From: Pseudomonadota bacterium
Lineage (GTDB): Bacteria > Pseudomonadota > Gammaproteobacteria > Xanthomonadales > Rhodanobacteraceae
Assembly (NCBI GenBank): GCA_018240565.1
Contig: JAFEFO010000040.1
Span: 37,000-100,999, forward strand
Direction: 5' to 3'
DNA length: 64,000 bases
The notes under the pieces are model-generated. The model ran no database searches. It worked only from the letters and a program-made list of their open reading frames with translations, and was not told the origin of the DNA. The translations under genes were made by a program, and so were the position numbers. Every line of letters starts with the position of its first letter. Position 1 is the first letter of the stretch. This document shows positions 1 to 8,549 of the stretch, in pieces.

Positions 1-146
1 TGGACAAGCTGCCCAAGGATCCGTGGGGGCGCGTCTATTTGTACCTGCATCCGGGCACGCACGGCGATATCGACGTGTTCACCTATGGCGCGGATGGCAA
101 GCCGGGCGGGGAAGGCGAGAATGCGGATGTGGGCAACTGGGAATGA
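1..146 (+). CDS. gspG: Type II secretion major pseudopilin GspG, C-terminal fragment (5' end lies outside the window)
   Basis: Frame 3 reads ..DKLPKDPWGRVYLYLHPGTHGDIDVFTYGADGKPGGEGENADVGNWE and stops at TGA 144-146. This is the typical GspG C-terminus (DPWG..Y.Y..PG.HG, GADG..GGEG.NAD). gspHIJK follow directly. Confidence 0.85.
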   Translation, partial: DKLPKDPWGRVYLYLHPGTHGDIDVFTYGADGKPGGEGENADVGNWE

Positions 147-186
147 CGTCTGCCGGGAAATGTCGCCCGCGCGCGCCGAAATTTTT

Positions 187-335
187 GCCCCCTCTCCCCC
201 ATGCGTCAGCAAGGGGGAGATGGCGGGGGTGAGGGGGATGTGCATCACGTTTCTCGAACGATTGCGCGGCTTTCGGCGTTGCCCCCTCACCCCAACCCTC
301 TCCCCCATCGTAAGAAGCGCGATGGGGGAGAGGGG
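187..335. repeat. Family A composite palindromic repeat: hairpin CCCTCTCCCCC..GGGGGAGA, GGGGGTGAGGGGG box, spacer, CCCCCTCACCCC box, hairpin CCCTCTCCCCC..GGGGGAGAGGGGG
   Basis: Two inverted half-units were read directly at 187-237 and 281-335. The same architecture recurs at 25664-25771 and 31404-31540, and a half-unit occurs at 30308-30370. Confidence 0.85.
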
Positions 336-834
336 GAAAAATCAGGGATTCACCTTGATTGAATTGCTCGTGGTCGTGGTGATCCTCGCCGTGCTCGCCG
401 GCGCGCTGACGCTGGCCATGGGCGGTCTCGGCGGCGAACGCCAGCTCGAACAGCAGGCGCGTCGCACGCAGGCCCTGATCGACTACGCCTGCGAGCAGGC
501 CGAACTCGTCGGCCGCGACATCGGCGTGAGCATCGATCGTCATGGCTATCGCTTCAGTCGCCGCAATGGCGCCGCCTGGCTGCCGCTGGAACACGACGAA
601 TTGCGCCCGCGCGAATTCCTCACCGGCACGCAGGCGGCTTTGAGCAGCGACGGCCATGCCATCGCCGTCGGCGATGATTTTCCGGAAAAGCCGCAGTTGG
701 TGTGCTTCGCGTCCGGTGAGCTGACGCCGTTCCGGCTCGAACTGCGACTGGCCGATCTTGCGCAGGGCTGGCGACTGGATGGCGCGCCGGATGCCACATT
801 GAAAGTGGTCGCGGTGGCGGTGCATGCGCACTAA
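322..834 (+). CDS. gspH: Type II secretion minor pseudopilin GspH
   Basis: MGERGKNQG/FTLIELLVVVVILAVLAG is a prepilin-type leader and N-methylation motif. The gene sits in the G-H-I-J-K order. ATG 322 was chosen because it gives a short basic leader; this ATG lies inside the family A repeat. The frame stays open upstream to 85, so the start is uncertain. Confidence 0.8.
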   Translation: MGERGKNQGFTLIELLVVVVILAVLAGALTLAMGGLGGERQLEQQARRTQALIDYACEQAELVGRDIGVSIDRHGYRFSRRNGAAWLPLEHDELRPREFLTGTQAALSSDGHAIAVGDDFPEKPQLVCFASGELTPFRLELRLADLAQGWRLDGAPDATLKVVAVAVHAH

Positions 835-928
835 TAGTACGCGCTGGCTGTTGCTAAGCTCGCGCGTCCAGCGCTCGCCAAGCAACTCGGCCGCTCGCTC
901 CTGCTCGCGGCGTTCGCCCACGCGCGCG

Positions 929-1318
929 ATGCGCTTCAACGCATCGCGCAGGCGCCTGGGCTTCACCCTTCTCGAGGTGCTGATTGCGCTGCTCGTGCTC
1001 GCGCTCGCCTTGCTCGCGTTGTCGCGCACCGCCGCCAACCAGGTCGATGCCTTCGGCGCACTGCGCGAGCGCACGGTCGCCGGCTGGCTTGCCGCGGACG
1101 TGTTGGCGCAGACGCGCCTTGCCACGCCGTTCCCGGCCACCGGCACCAGCGACGGCCGGCGTCGCTTCGGCGGCCGCGACTGGCGCTACGACATCGTCGT
1201 GCAAGGCACGCCGGTGGCCTCGATCCGGCGCATCGACGTGCATGTTTACGCCGCGGATGATCCGAAATCGCCGATTGCGACCTTGACCGGTTTCGGTGGC
1301 CAGGACCTGATGCCGTGA
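929..1318 (+). CDS. gspI: Type II secretion minor pseudopilin GspI
   Basis: MRFNASRRRLG/FTLLEVLIALLVLALALLAL is a prepilin motif. Size (129 aa) and position fit GspI. ATG 929 was preferred over ATG 824, which would give a 46-aa leader. Confidence 0.85.
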   Translation: MRFNASRRRLGFTLLEVLIALLVLALALLALSRTAANQVDAFGALRERTVAGWLAADVLAQTRLATPFPATGTSDGRRRFGGRDWRYDIVVQGTPVASIRRIDVHVYAADDPKSPIATLTGFGGQDLMP

Positions 1319-1995
1319 AGCGTGGCTTTACCCTCATCGAGTTGCTGGTGGCGATGGCGGTGTTCTCGATCATGGCCGCGCTGGCTTATGGCGGACTCAA
1401 TTCCATCGCGCGCACGCGCGGCGAACTGGCCAGGCAGGAAGCGGATTTCGGTAATCTCATGCGCGCCATCGGCTCGCTCGAGCGCGACTTGAACGGCATC
1501 GTGGCGCGACCGGTGCGCGGCACGGCAGGTCAGGAATTGCCCGCGGTGCTTGGCGCCAGCGATCACATCGAGCTCACGCGCCTGGGCTTTGCCAATCCGC
1601 AGGCCGAGTCGCGCTCGAATCTGCAGCGCGTGTTCTACGAACTGGATGGCCACAAGCTCGAGCGCGGCCGTTACGCCGTGCTCGATCGCGCCGCCAACAG
1701 CACGCCGCAGGTGGACGACCTCAAGGTGGCCACCGAAGACTTCCGCCTGCGTTACCTTGACGGCGCATCCGGACAGTGGCTGGATGCGTGGCCGCCGCCA
1801 CAGTCGGCGCCGGAACTCCTGCCGCGCGCGATCGGCTGGCAACTGCGCACGAAGCAGCATGGTGAAATCACCGGCACGGTCGAGCTTGTGTCCGCCTGGC
1901 CCACGCAAGCCGCCGGCCTGGTGACGCCGGCGCCGCAAAACCCGATCGGCACGCCGCTGCCGCCGTTGCCGCCGCCGCCGGGTGGCGTGCGATGA
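1315..1995 (+). CDS. gspJ: Type II secretion minor pseudopilin GspJ
   Basis: (V)KRG/FTLIELLVAMAVFSIMAALAYGGL is a prepilin motif. The GTG start overlaps the gspI stop (GTGA). 226 aa. Confidence 0.85.
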   Translation: MKRGFTLIELLVAMAVFSIMAALAYGGLNSIARTRGELARQEADFGNLMRAIGSLERDLNGIVARPVRGTAGQELPAVLGASDHIELTRLGFANPQAESRSNLQRVFYELDGHKLERGRYAVLDRAANSTPQVDDLKVATEDFRLRYLDGASGQWLDAWPPPQSAPELLPRAIGWQLRTKQHGEITGTVELVSAWPTQAAGLVTPAPQNPIGTPLPPLPPPPGGVR

Positions 1996-2936
1996 TCCAA
2001 TCCACATTTCCACAATGCGGCAAAATGCAGCGTGGCGTCGCCTTGCTCGTCGCCCTGCTCGTGGTCGCGCTGGCGACGGTGTTGATTGCAGGCCTGCTCG
2101 ATCGCGGCGGGCTCATGGCGGCGCGCACGCGCAATGCGCTGCGTGCGCAGCAGGCGCAGGCCTATGCGCGCGGCCTGGAAAATTACGCCGCCGAAGTGCT
2201 CACGCGCGCACAGGCGCAAGGTGTGGGCTACGACGCCGCCGACAGCATCTGGGCGATCCCGTTGCCGCCCACGCCCGTGCCCGGCGGCACCATCGCGGCG
2301 CAGATGGCCGATCTCAATGGTCGCTTCAATCTCAACAATCTCGATCCGACTTACGACACGCAAGGCGTTTGGCGCGGCAAGTTCGTCCTGCTGCTGACTG
2401 CGCTCAAGCTCGATCCGGCCATCGCAGGCCATGTCGTTGCCTGGATGGATGCGAATGCGGCGACCAGCACGGACGATCAGTTCTATCTCGCCCAGCCGGT
2501 GCCGTACCGGCGCGCGGGTCGGGAGTTCGCCCATGCGTCCGAATTGCGCCTCGTTGCCGGCGTCGATGGCGACGCCTATGCGGCGCTTGCGCCCTTCGTG
2601 ACGGCGCTGCCGGAAGGCACGCCGATCAACGTCAACACGGCCAGCGTGCCGGTGCTGATGACGCTGTCGCCGAACGTGACGCGCGAGATGGCGCAGGCGA
2701 TCTGGCAGCAAGGCGGCGCGCATTTCACCGGTGTCGATCAGGTGCTCAAGGCGCAGCCGGCGCTGGCGGTGATCGAACATCCGGAATGCTTCGATGTGCG
2801 CAGCAGCTATTTTTTCGCCCGTGGATTGATCACGCTCGACGGCCTGCCGTTCGAGTTCGACAGTTTGATCGAGCGGCGCAACGGCGGCGCCAATGGCGGC
2901 ATACACGTGCTGCAGCGCAGTCGCGGTGGCGATTGA
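1992..2936 (+). CDS. gspK: Type II secretion minor pseudopilin GspK
   Basis: Contains QRGVALLVALLVVALATVLIAGLLD and LNGRFNLNNL, typical of GspK. There is an ATGA overlap with the gspJ stop. An alternative start is ATG 2025 (MQRGVALL..). Confidence 0.8.
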   Translation: MIQSTFPQCGKMQRGVALLVALLVVALATVLIAGLLDRGGLMAARTRNALRAQQAQAYARGLENYAAEVLTRAQAQGVGYDAADSIWAIPLPPTPVPGGTIAAQMADLNGRFNLNNLDPTYDTQGVWRGKFVLLLTALKLDPAIAGHVVAWMDANAATSTDDQFYLAQPVPYRRAGREFAHASELRLVAGVDGDAYAALAPFVTALPEGTPINVNTASVPVLMTLSPNVTREMAQAIWQQGGAHFTGVDQVLKAQPALAVIEHPECFDVRSSYFFARGLITLDGLPFEFDSLIERRNGGANGGIHVLQRSRGGD

Positions 2937-2992
2937 CGCGCACCCGGCGCAATGCCGTATCCTGCGCGATTGCGTCGACACGGGAGGGGGTC

Positions 2993-4549
2993 ATGCAACA
3001 TCGACTGTGCGCATTCGTGCTTTTCGCGCTGGGGTCGCTCGTCGGCTGCGGGCCGGTGGCGACGCGCGCGCCTGCGGCCGCGCCCGTGCGCGAGGACGCC
3101 GCGCAAATCACCGCGCGTCATTTCGACGCGATCCGCCATTCGCCGCCGCAGCTGGAAGCATTCCTGCGCGCCATGCCCAAGGGCGCGGACCTGCACAACC
3201 ATCTGTCCGGCGCGATCTATGCCGAGGATTACCTGGAGTGGGCCGCGCGGGATGGCGACTGCGTCGAGCGCGCCACGAGCACGCTGGTCGCACCACCGTG
3301 CGATGCCGCGCTGGATCGACCGCCGGTTGCCGACGCCTTGCGCGATGATGCGTTGTATCGGCAATTGATCGACGCCTGGTCGATGCGCGATTTCGTTGCC
3401 GACAGCGGCACATCCGGGCACGATCATTTCTTCGACACGTTCGGCAAGTTCCATCTCGTCAACAAGGCGCACCGTGGCGACATGCTCGCGCGCGCAACGC
3501 ACCAAGCGGCACTGGATCATGCGATCTACCTCGAATTGATGGACACGCTGGCGGATGCGCAGATCCGCATGCTGGTCGAACACACGCCATGGGATGGTGA
3601 TTTCGCGCACGCGCAAGCGCACCTGCACGCGGGCATGGCGGCCGTGCTCGCGCAGGCGAAAACCGAACTGGATACGGCAGAGCAACGCAGGCGCGACGAG
3701 CTGCGCTGCGCTGGTGCGCAGCCCGATCCGGGTTGCGCCGTGCAGGTGCGTTTCCTGTACCAGGTGCTGCGCGGGTTTCCGGCGCCCGTGGTGTTCGCGC
3801 AGATGCTCGCCGGCTTCGAGCTGGCAATGAATGACGCGCGCGTGGTCGGCATCAACCTGGTCATGCCCGAGGATGGCTACATCTCGATGCGCGACTACCG
3901 CGAGCAGATGGCGATGCTCGACTACCTGCACGGGAAGTATCCACGCGTACACATTTCACTGCACGCCGGCGAACTCGCGCCCGGGCTGGTGCCGCCGGAT
4001 GGCCTGCGCTTCCACATCCGCGCCGCCATCGAGCGCGGTCACGCGCAGCGCATCGGCCATGGCGTGGACGTCATGCACGAGGACCATCCGCACGAACTGC
4101 TGGCGGAAATGGCGCGCCGGCACGTGCTGGTGGAAATCTGCCCGACCAGCAACCGCAGCATCCTGGGCATCGGCGGCGACGATCATCCGTTGCCGATCTA
4201 TCTTGCCGCACAGGTGCCTCTGGCGATCGCCACCGACGACGAAGGCGTGTCGCGCAGCGACCTGTCGCGCGAATTCGCGATCGCCGCAACGTCGTGGAAC
4301 CTTTCCTACGGCACGCTCAAGACGCTGGCGCGCAACAGCCTGGAATATGCCTTCGTGCCCGGCGCCAGCCTGTGGCAGGGACGTGACGGTTTCGAACCGG
4401 TGCGTGCGTGTGCGGCGGCTACGCCGGGCGCCGCGACGCCCGACCCGGATTGCGCGGCTTTTCTGGCCGGCAGCGAGAAGGCGCGCCTGCAATGGCAACT
4501 GGAGGCGCAGTTGCATGATTTCGAGGCAGGCATCGCCGCAGGCCGCTGA
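2993..4549 (+). CDS. Adenosine/AMP-deaminase-family (metal-dependent hydrolase) lipoprotein
   Basis: The signal peptide carries a lipobox (FALGSLVGC). ADA-family motifs are present: DLHNHLSGAI, SLHAGE, RIGHGVD, ATDDEGV. GGGAGGGGG lies 4 nt upstream of ATG 2993. The 855-aa ORF in the track is an unsupported upstream extension overlapping gspK. Confidence 0.75.
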   Translation: MQHRLCAFVLFALGSLVGCGPVATRAPAAAPVREDAAQITARHFDAIRHSPPQLEAFLRAMPKGADLHNHLSGAIYAEDYLEWAARDGDCVERATSTLVAPPCDAALDRPPVADALRDDALYRQLIDAWSMRDFVADSGTSGHDHFFDTFGKFHLVNKAHRGDMLARATHQAALDHAIYLELMDTLADAQIRMLVEHTPWDGDFAHAQAHLHAGMAAVLAQAKTELDTAEQRRRDELRCAGAQPDPGCAVQVRFLYQVLRGFPAPVVFAQMLAGFELAMNDARVVGINLVMPEDGYISMRDYREQMAMLDYLHGKYPRVHISLHAGELAPGLVPPDGLRFHIRAAIERGHAQRIGHGVDVMHEDHPHELLAEMARRHVLVEICPTSNRSILGIGGDDHPLPIYLAAQVPLAIATDDEGVSRSDLSREFAIAATSWNLSYGTLKTLARNSLEYAFVPGASLWQGRDGFEPVRACAAATPGAATPDPDCAAFLAGSEKARLQWQLEAQLHDFEAGIAAGR

Positions 4550-4562
4550 TAGAATCCGGTTC

Positions 4563-5720
4563 ATGACCGAACGCCTGCTGATCCGCCTGCATGTCGATGG
4601 CCGCCTGGAGTGGCTGGCGCTGGATGCGCAGAATCGCGCGCTGTCCGCCGCGAACGCGGGCGCGCCGCCGGCGCCGGCGCTCGAACGCGCCCAGCGCGTC
4701 GTCGTGCTGGTGCCATCCGAAGACGTGTTGCTGTTGCAGGCGTCGGGCCTGCCGGGCACGCGTGCGCAGGCGCTCAAGGCCTTGCCCTTCGCGCTGGAAG
4801 ATCGCCTCGCGGGCAGCGTCGAGGATCTGCATTTCGCCGCGCCCGATACCAGGAACGGCCGGCTCGACGGCGAGCGCATCGACGTTGCCGTCGTCGCCCG
4901 CGCGAGCTTGCGCGGCTGGCTCGAACACCTGGCGCAGCAGGGCGTCCGCGCCGATGCGCTGTATTCCGAGTGCCAGGTTCTGCCCGATGCCAGCATCGTG
5001 CTCGACGGCGAACGCGCGCTGTGGCGCGACGGCGCCGATTCCGCTGGGGCGTGCCCGGCAAGCGAGTTGCCTGCGTGGATCGGTGTGCTTGATGCCGCTG
5101 CGGCAAACCCCGTATCGCGCACGACGCACGATTTACGCGACGACCATGGCGACGCGCTCGCCTTCTTCGCCACGCAATTGCGCACGGAGCCGGCGGTCAA
5201 TCTTTTGCAAGGCGAATTCGCGCCCGCGCACCGGCAGGCGCCGGCGCGGCGCCTGTGGCGCACCGCGGCCGCGCTCGCCGCCGCGGCCCTGTTGTTGCTG
5301 TTCGTTTATTACGGCGCCGATTGCTGGCGCCTGTCGCGCCAGTCCGCGCAGCTCGATGCGCAATCGCGCGCGATCCTGCACGAGGCGTTTCCGGGCATGG
5401 ACAAGGTCGCGGGCGATCCGCGCCAGCTCATGGACAGCGCCATGCGCGGCCTTGCCGGCGGCGGTGGCGACTCGGGCCTGATGCGGTTGCTGGCGAAGAT
5501 CGCGCCGATCCTGTCCAGCACCACGCGCACCACGCTTGCCGGCATGGAATACCACAATGCGACGCTGGAGCTCGCGCTGCGCGCGCCGGACGTGCAGACG
5601 CTTGACCTGATGCGCGAGCGCCTCGCCGGCCTGCCCGGCCTGCGCGTGGAAGTCACCGCCGCCAATTCCGGCGCGGATGGCGTGGATGGCCGTTTGCGCA
5701 TCGCCGGAGCCACGCCGTGA
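4563..5720 (+). CDS. gspL: Type II secretion inner-membrane platform protein GspL
   Basis: MTERLLIRLHVDGRLEWLALD.. has the usual GspL N-terminus style. A single TM segment occurs near AALAAAALLLLFVYY. The gene lies between gspK and gspM. 385 aa. Confidence 0.75.
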   Translation: MTERLLIRLHVDGRLEWLALDAQNRALSAANAGAPPAPALERAQRVVVLVPSEDVLLLQASGLPGTRAQALKALPFALEDRLAGSVEDLHFAAPDTRNGRLDGERIDVAVVARASLRGWLEHLAQQGVRADALYSECQVLPDASIVLDGERALWRDGADSAGACPASELPAWIGVLDAAAANPVSRTTHDLRDDHGDALAFFATQLRTEPAVNLLQGEFAPAHRQAPARRLWRTAAALAAAALLLLFVYYGADCWRLSRQSAQLDAQSRAILHEAFPGMDKVAGDPRQLMDSAMRGLAGGGGDSGLMRLLAKIAPILSSTTRTTLAGMEYHNATLELALRAPDVQTLDLMRERLAGLPGLRVEVTAANSGADGVDGRLRIAGATP

Positions 5721-6211
5721 TCGGCGCCTGGTGGCATGCGCAGACCGTGCGCGACCGCCGCGTGCTGGTCGTGGGCGCCATCATCGTTGCGGTGTTGCTG
5801 GTGTGGGCACTGGCGTGGCTGCCGCTGTCGCGCGCGCGGGCGGGCCTGGCCGTGCAAGTGGCGCAGCAGCGCACGGACCTGGCCTGGATGCGGCAGGCGC
5901 TTGGCCAGGCGCGCGCGCTCGATGCGCAAGGTTCGCGCGGCACTGTTGCGCGCCAGGGCAAGTCCCTGCTTGCGCTGGCCGACGCCACCGCGCGTGGCGC
6001 GAATCTCGGCGATGCGCTCAAGCGCGTGGAACCGACCGGACCGGCAAGCGTGCGCGTGACGTTCGACGTCGTCGACTTCGATACGCTGGCGGACTGGATG
6101 GACGCATTGGCACGCAACTACGGCGTGACGGTCACGGATTTTTCCGCCGAAAAGGCCGAAGGACTCGGTCTGGTGAATGCGCGCGTTACTTTGCAAGATG
6201 GCAAGCAATGA
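5717..6211 (+). CDS. gspM: Type II secretion protein GspM
   Basis: 164 aa with one N-terminal TM segment (VLVVGAIIVAVLLVWALAWL). The GTG start overlaps the gspL stop (GTGA). The call rests on position and size. Confidence 0.7.
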   Translation: MIGAWWHAQTVRDRRVLVVGAIIVAVLLVWALAWLPLSRARAGLAVQVAQQRTDLAWMRQALGQARALDAQGSRGTVARQGKSLLALADATARGANLGDALKRVEPTGPASVRVTFDVVDFDTLADWMDALARNYGVTVTDFSAEKAEGLGLVNARVTLQDGKQ

Positions 6212-6972
6212 AGGCGTTGCGGCGTTTTATACTTTTTCTCGTCGCGTTGCTGGCCGTCGCCGCAATCGCCATCGCGACGTGTCCGGCGTCTTTTGCCTGG
6301 CGCTTCGTCGCCGGCCGGGCGGGTGCGCTCACGCTCGATGGCGTGGCCGGCACGATCTGGAACGGCCATGCGGTGAACGCGAGCGTGTTCGGCAGTCCGC
6401 TGGGCACGCTCGACTGGCATCTGCATCCGTGGCCGCTGCTGCGCGGCATCGTGGCCGCGCAACTGGACCTGCACGGCGGCCAGGTCACCGGCAATGGCAC
6501 GGTCGAACGCACGGCCGATGGTGCGTTGAACTTCTCCGCGGCGACGCTCCACCTGCCCGCGGAAATGGCCGCGCCGGCGCTGGACATCCCGATGCTGCAA
6601 CTGCTCGGACAGATCGACATCGACATCGCACAACTGAGCGTGCAGGGCGCCTGGCCGACGGCGGCGCAGGGAGAAATCCTCTGGCGCAATGCCGCGGTCG
6701 CCGGCGCCGCACAGGCGAGCCTGGGCGACTTGCAGGCGCAATTCGCCAGCGCGGCCGACGGCCACATCGCCGGCACCGCGCACGATCGGGGCGGACCGCT
6801 GCAACTCGATGGTGCGTTCACGATCGGTGCCGAGGGTTACGACGTGCGCGCCAAACTCGCCGCGCGCGACGGCAATCCACAGGTGCTCGACGCGCTGCGC
6901 TACATCGGCCAGCCGCAGGGGGATGGCACGGTGTTGCTGCTGATCCGCGGCAAGTTCTTCCCGGTTTTCTGA
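6208..6972 (+). CDS. gspN: Type II secretion protein GspN
   Basis: 254 aa with an N-terminal TM segment (FILFLVALLAVAAIAIA). LDGVAGTIWNGHA resembles the GspN G..W.G motif. There is an ATGA overlap with the gspM stop. Confidence 0.65.
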   Translation: MKALRRFILFLVALLAVAAIAIATCPASFAWRFVAGRAGALTLDGVAGTIWNGHAVNASVFGSPLGTLDWHLHPWPLLRGIVAAQLDLHGGQVTGNGTVERTADGALNFSAATLHLPAEMAAPALDIPMLQLLGQIDIDIAQLSVQGAWPTAAQGEILWRNAAVAGAAQASLGDLQAQFASAADGHIAGTAHDRGGPLQLDGAFTIGAEGYDVRAKLAARDGNPQVLDALRYIGQPQGDGTVLLLIRGKFFPVF

Positions 6973-7769
6973 TGGACGCCGCGTTTTCCACCTTTCTCGA
7001 CGACGCGCTCGGCGTCGCGCGCGCGGCCGCCACTGCGGCGGCGCAAGTGATTCGCCATCACTACGCGCGCGGCGTGGATGTCGAAACCAAATCCGATGCA
7101 ACACCGGTCACCATCGCCGACCGCGAAGCCGAAGTCGCGATCAAGGACGTGTTGCGCGCCGCGTATCCGGAGCATGCCTTCTACGGCGAAGAATTCGGTC
7201 GTGAAGGCAATAGCGAATTTGTCTGGCTGATCGATCCCATCGACGGCACCAAGGCGTTCGTGCGCGGCTATGCGATGTTCTCCACGCAGATCGCGTTGAT
7301 GCATCGCGGCGAGCTGGTATTGGGCGTGTCGAGCGCGCCGATCTACGCTGAACTCGCGTGGGCGCGCAAGGGTGGCGGCGCTTTTCTTGATGGCAATCCG
7401 ATGCGTGTTTCGGCGGCGCACGCGTTCGACGCCGGCACCGCGATTTCCATCGGCAACGTCAAGACGCTCACGCGCGACGCGCGCTGGGACGCATTGGGTG
7501 GATTGATCCGGCGCAGCGGCCGCATCCGCGGTTACGGCGACTTCTTGCACTACCACCTGCTTGCGAGCGGACGCATCGATCTGGTGATCGAATCGGACGT
7601 CAACATCCTCGACATCGCCGCGCTCGCGGTGATCGTGCGCGAGGCCGGCGGAACCTTCACCGACCTGGATGGACGCGAACTTGCACTCGACACGACCAGC
7701 GTGCTTGCCGGCACGCCGGCATTGCACGCGCAGGCACTGGCGCTGTTCGGACAGGGCGTGACGCGATGA
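6972..7769 (+). CDS. Inositol-monophosphatase family phosphatase (IMPase/HisN-like)
   Basis: Contains EEFG, WLIDPIDGTKAF and a downstream D.NILDIAAL motif. The start ATG shares one nucleotide with the gspN stop (TGATG). Confidence 0.8.
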   Translation: MDAAFSTFLDDALGVARAAATAAAQVIRHHYARGVDVETKSDATPVTIADREAEVAIKDVLRAAYPEHAFYGEEFGREGNSEFVWLIDPIDGTKAFVRGYAMFSTQIALMHRGELVLGVSSAPIYAELAWARKGGGAFLDGNPMRVSAAHAFDAGTAISIGNVKTLTRDARWDALGGLIRRSGRIRGYGDFLHYHLLASGRIDLVIESDVNILDIAALAVIVREAGGTFTDLDGRELALDTTSVLAGTPALHAQALALFGQGVTR

Positions 7770-8467
7770 AACCCGAGCGCGTCGTCGTCCCGATCGCCTT
7801 GCCGTCGCTGGCGCAGCATTGGCGCGAATTCACCGCGAACCGCGGGGCGTGGCTGGTGCTGGCGCGCAACCTCGTGCCGGTCTTCGGCATCTATGGCTTT
7901 GGCTGGTCGGTGGCGCTGACGGTCTTCAATTACTGGTTCGACGGACTGGTCGCGGTCGCCGCCATCATCGCCGCTTTGATCCCGCGCGCGCTGCGCGAAT
8001 CGCGCAAGCCCCGGCAAAAGCCCGACGGCCCGATCCTGGCACTGGTTCGTGGCGTAGTGACCTGGGCATTCCTGCTGGCCGTGCTGGGGACACCCTATTG
8101 GATCACGCTGATTCCCTTGCACGACATGCTGCTTGCCCCAAGCTTGCTGGCGCAGATCGCCCATGGCCCTGGACTGTGGGCCACGTTCGGCATGATCGCC
8201 GTCATGCATTTTCGGCGGGCGTTCTCGGTCGGATACGACACGATGCCCGAAACCGATCTGAAACAGCGCGCACGCTGGGACCTTTACCTGCTGTTGCTGC
8301 GCGCCGTGGCGATGTTCACCCTTGCTGGCGGCATCTTCGTCATCGTTCTGGTGCCGTTGCTGGCGATGCTTTTCAGCTATATGGAGATCTGGCCCGAACG
8401 CGCGCTCGGCCTGGTGTTCGGCGATCCGCGCCGCTTGCATGAGCTCGATCCCGACAAGGATTCGTGA
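7766..8467 (+). CDS. Polytopic inner-membrane protein of unknown function
   Basis: 233 aa with about 6 hydrophobic segments. There is an ATGA overlap with the preceding gene. I recognised no catalytic motif. Confidence 0.6.
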   Translation: MKPERVVVPIALPSLAQHWREFTANRGAWLVLARNLVPVFGIYGFGWSVALTVFNYWFDGLVAVAAIIAALIPRALRESRKPRQKPDGPILALVRGVVTWAFLLAVLGTPYWITLIPLHDMLLAPSLLAQIAHGPGLWATFGMIAVMHFRRAFSVGYDTMPETDLKQRARWDLYLLLLRAVAMFTLAGGIFVIVLVPLLAMLFSYMEIWPERALGLVFGDPRRLHELDPDKDS

Positions 8468-8549
8468 CACGCAGCCATGACCTTCGACGGGTTGCTCCGC
8501 GCCGCCGCCGCCGCTACGCTTGTCGTTTAACCCACGCACGGAGAACACC

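Noticed and set aside
23..232. A 69-aa ORF whose internal ATG 143 overlaps the gspG stop (ATGA), which might link gspG to gspH as at the mdt and rapZ junctions
   Set aside because: This frame terminates at 230-232 inside the element, 90 nt before the gspH ATG. It therefore does not reach gspH, and no flanking duplication is visible.
85..321. An upstream extension of gspH (249-aa ORF, or ATG 160)
   Set aside because: It would give a leader of 63-79 aa before G/FTLIE, unlike prepilin leaders. The extension overlaps gspG and then consists of translated repeat sequence. It is retained only as an alternative in the gspH finding.
1982..2992. The N-terminal 337 codons of the 855-aa ORF (1982-4549), which would fuse sequence overlapping gspK to the deaminase
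   Set aside because: This part overlaps gspK in another frame and is Arg/Ala-rich. A signal peptide with a lipobox and a strong SD occurs at ATG 2993.
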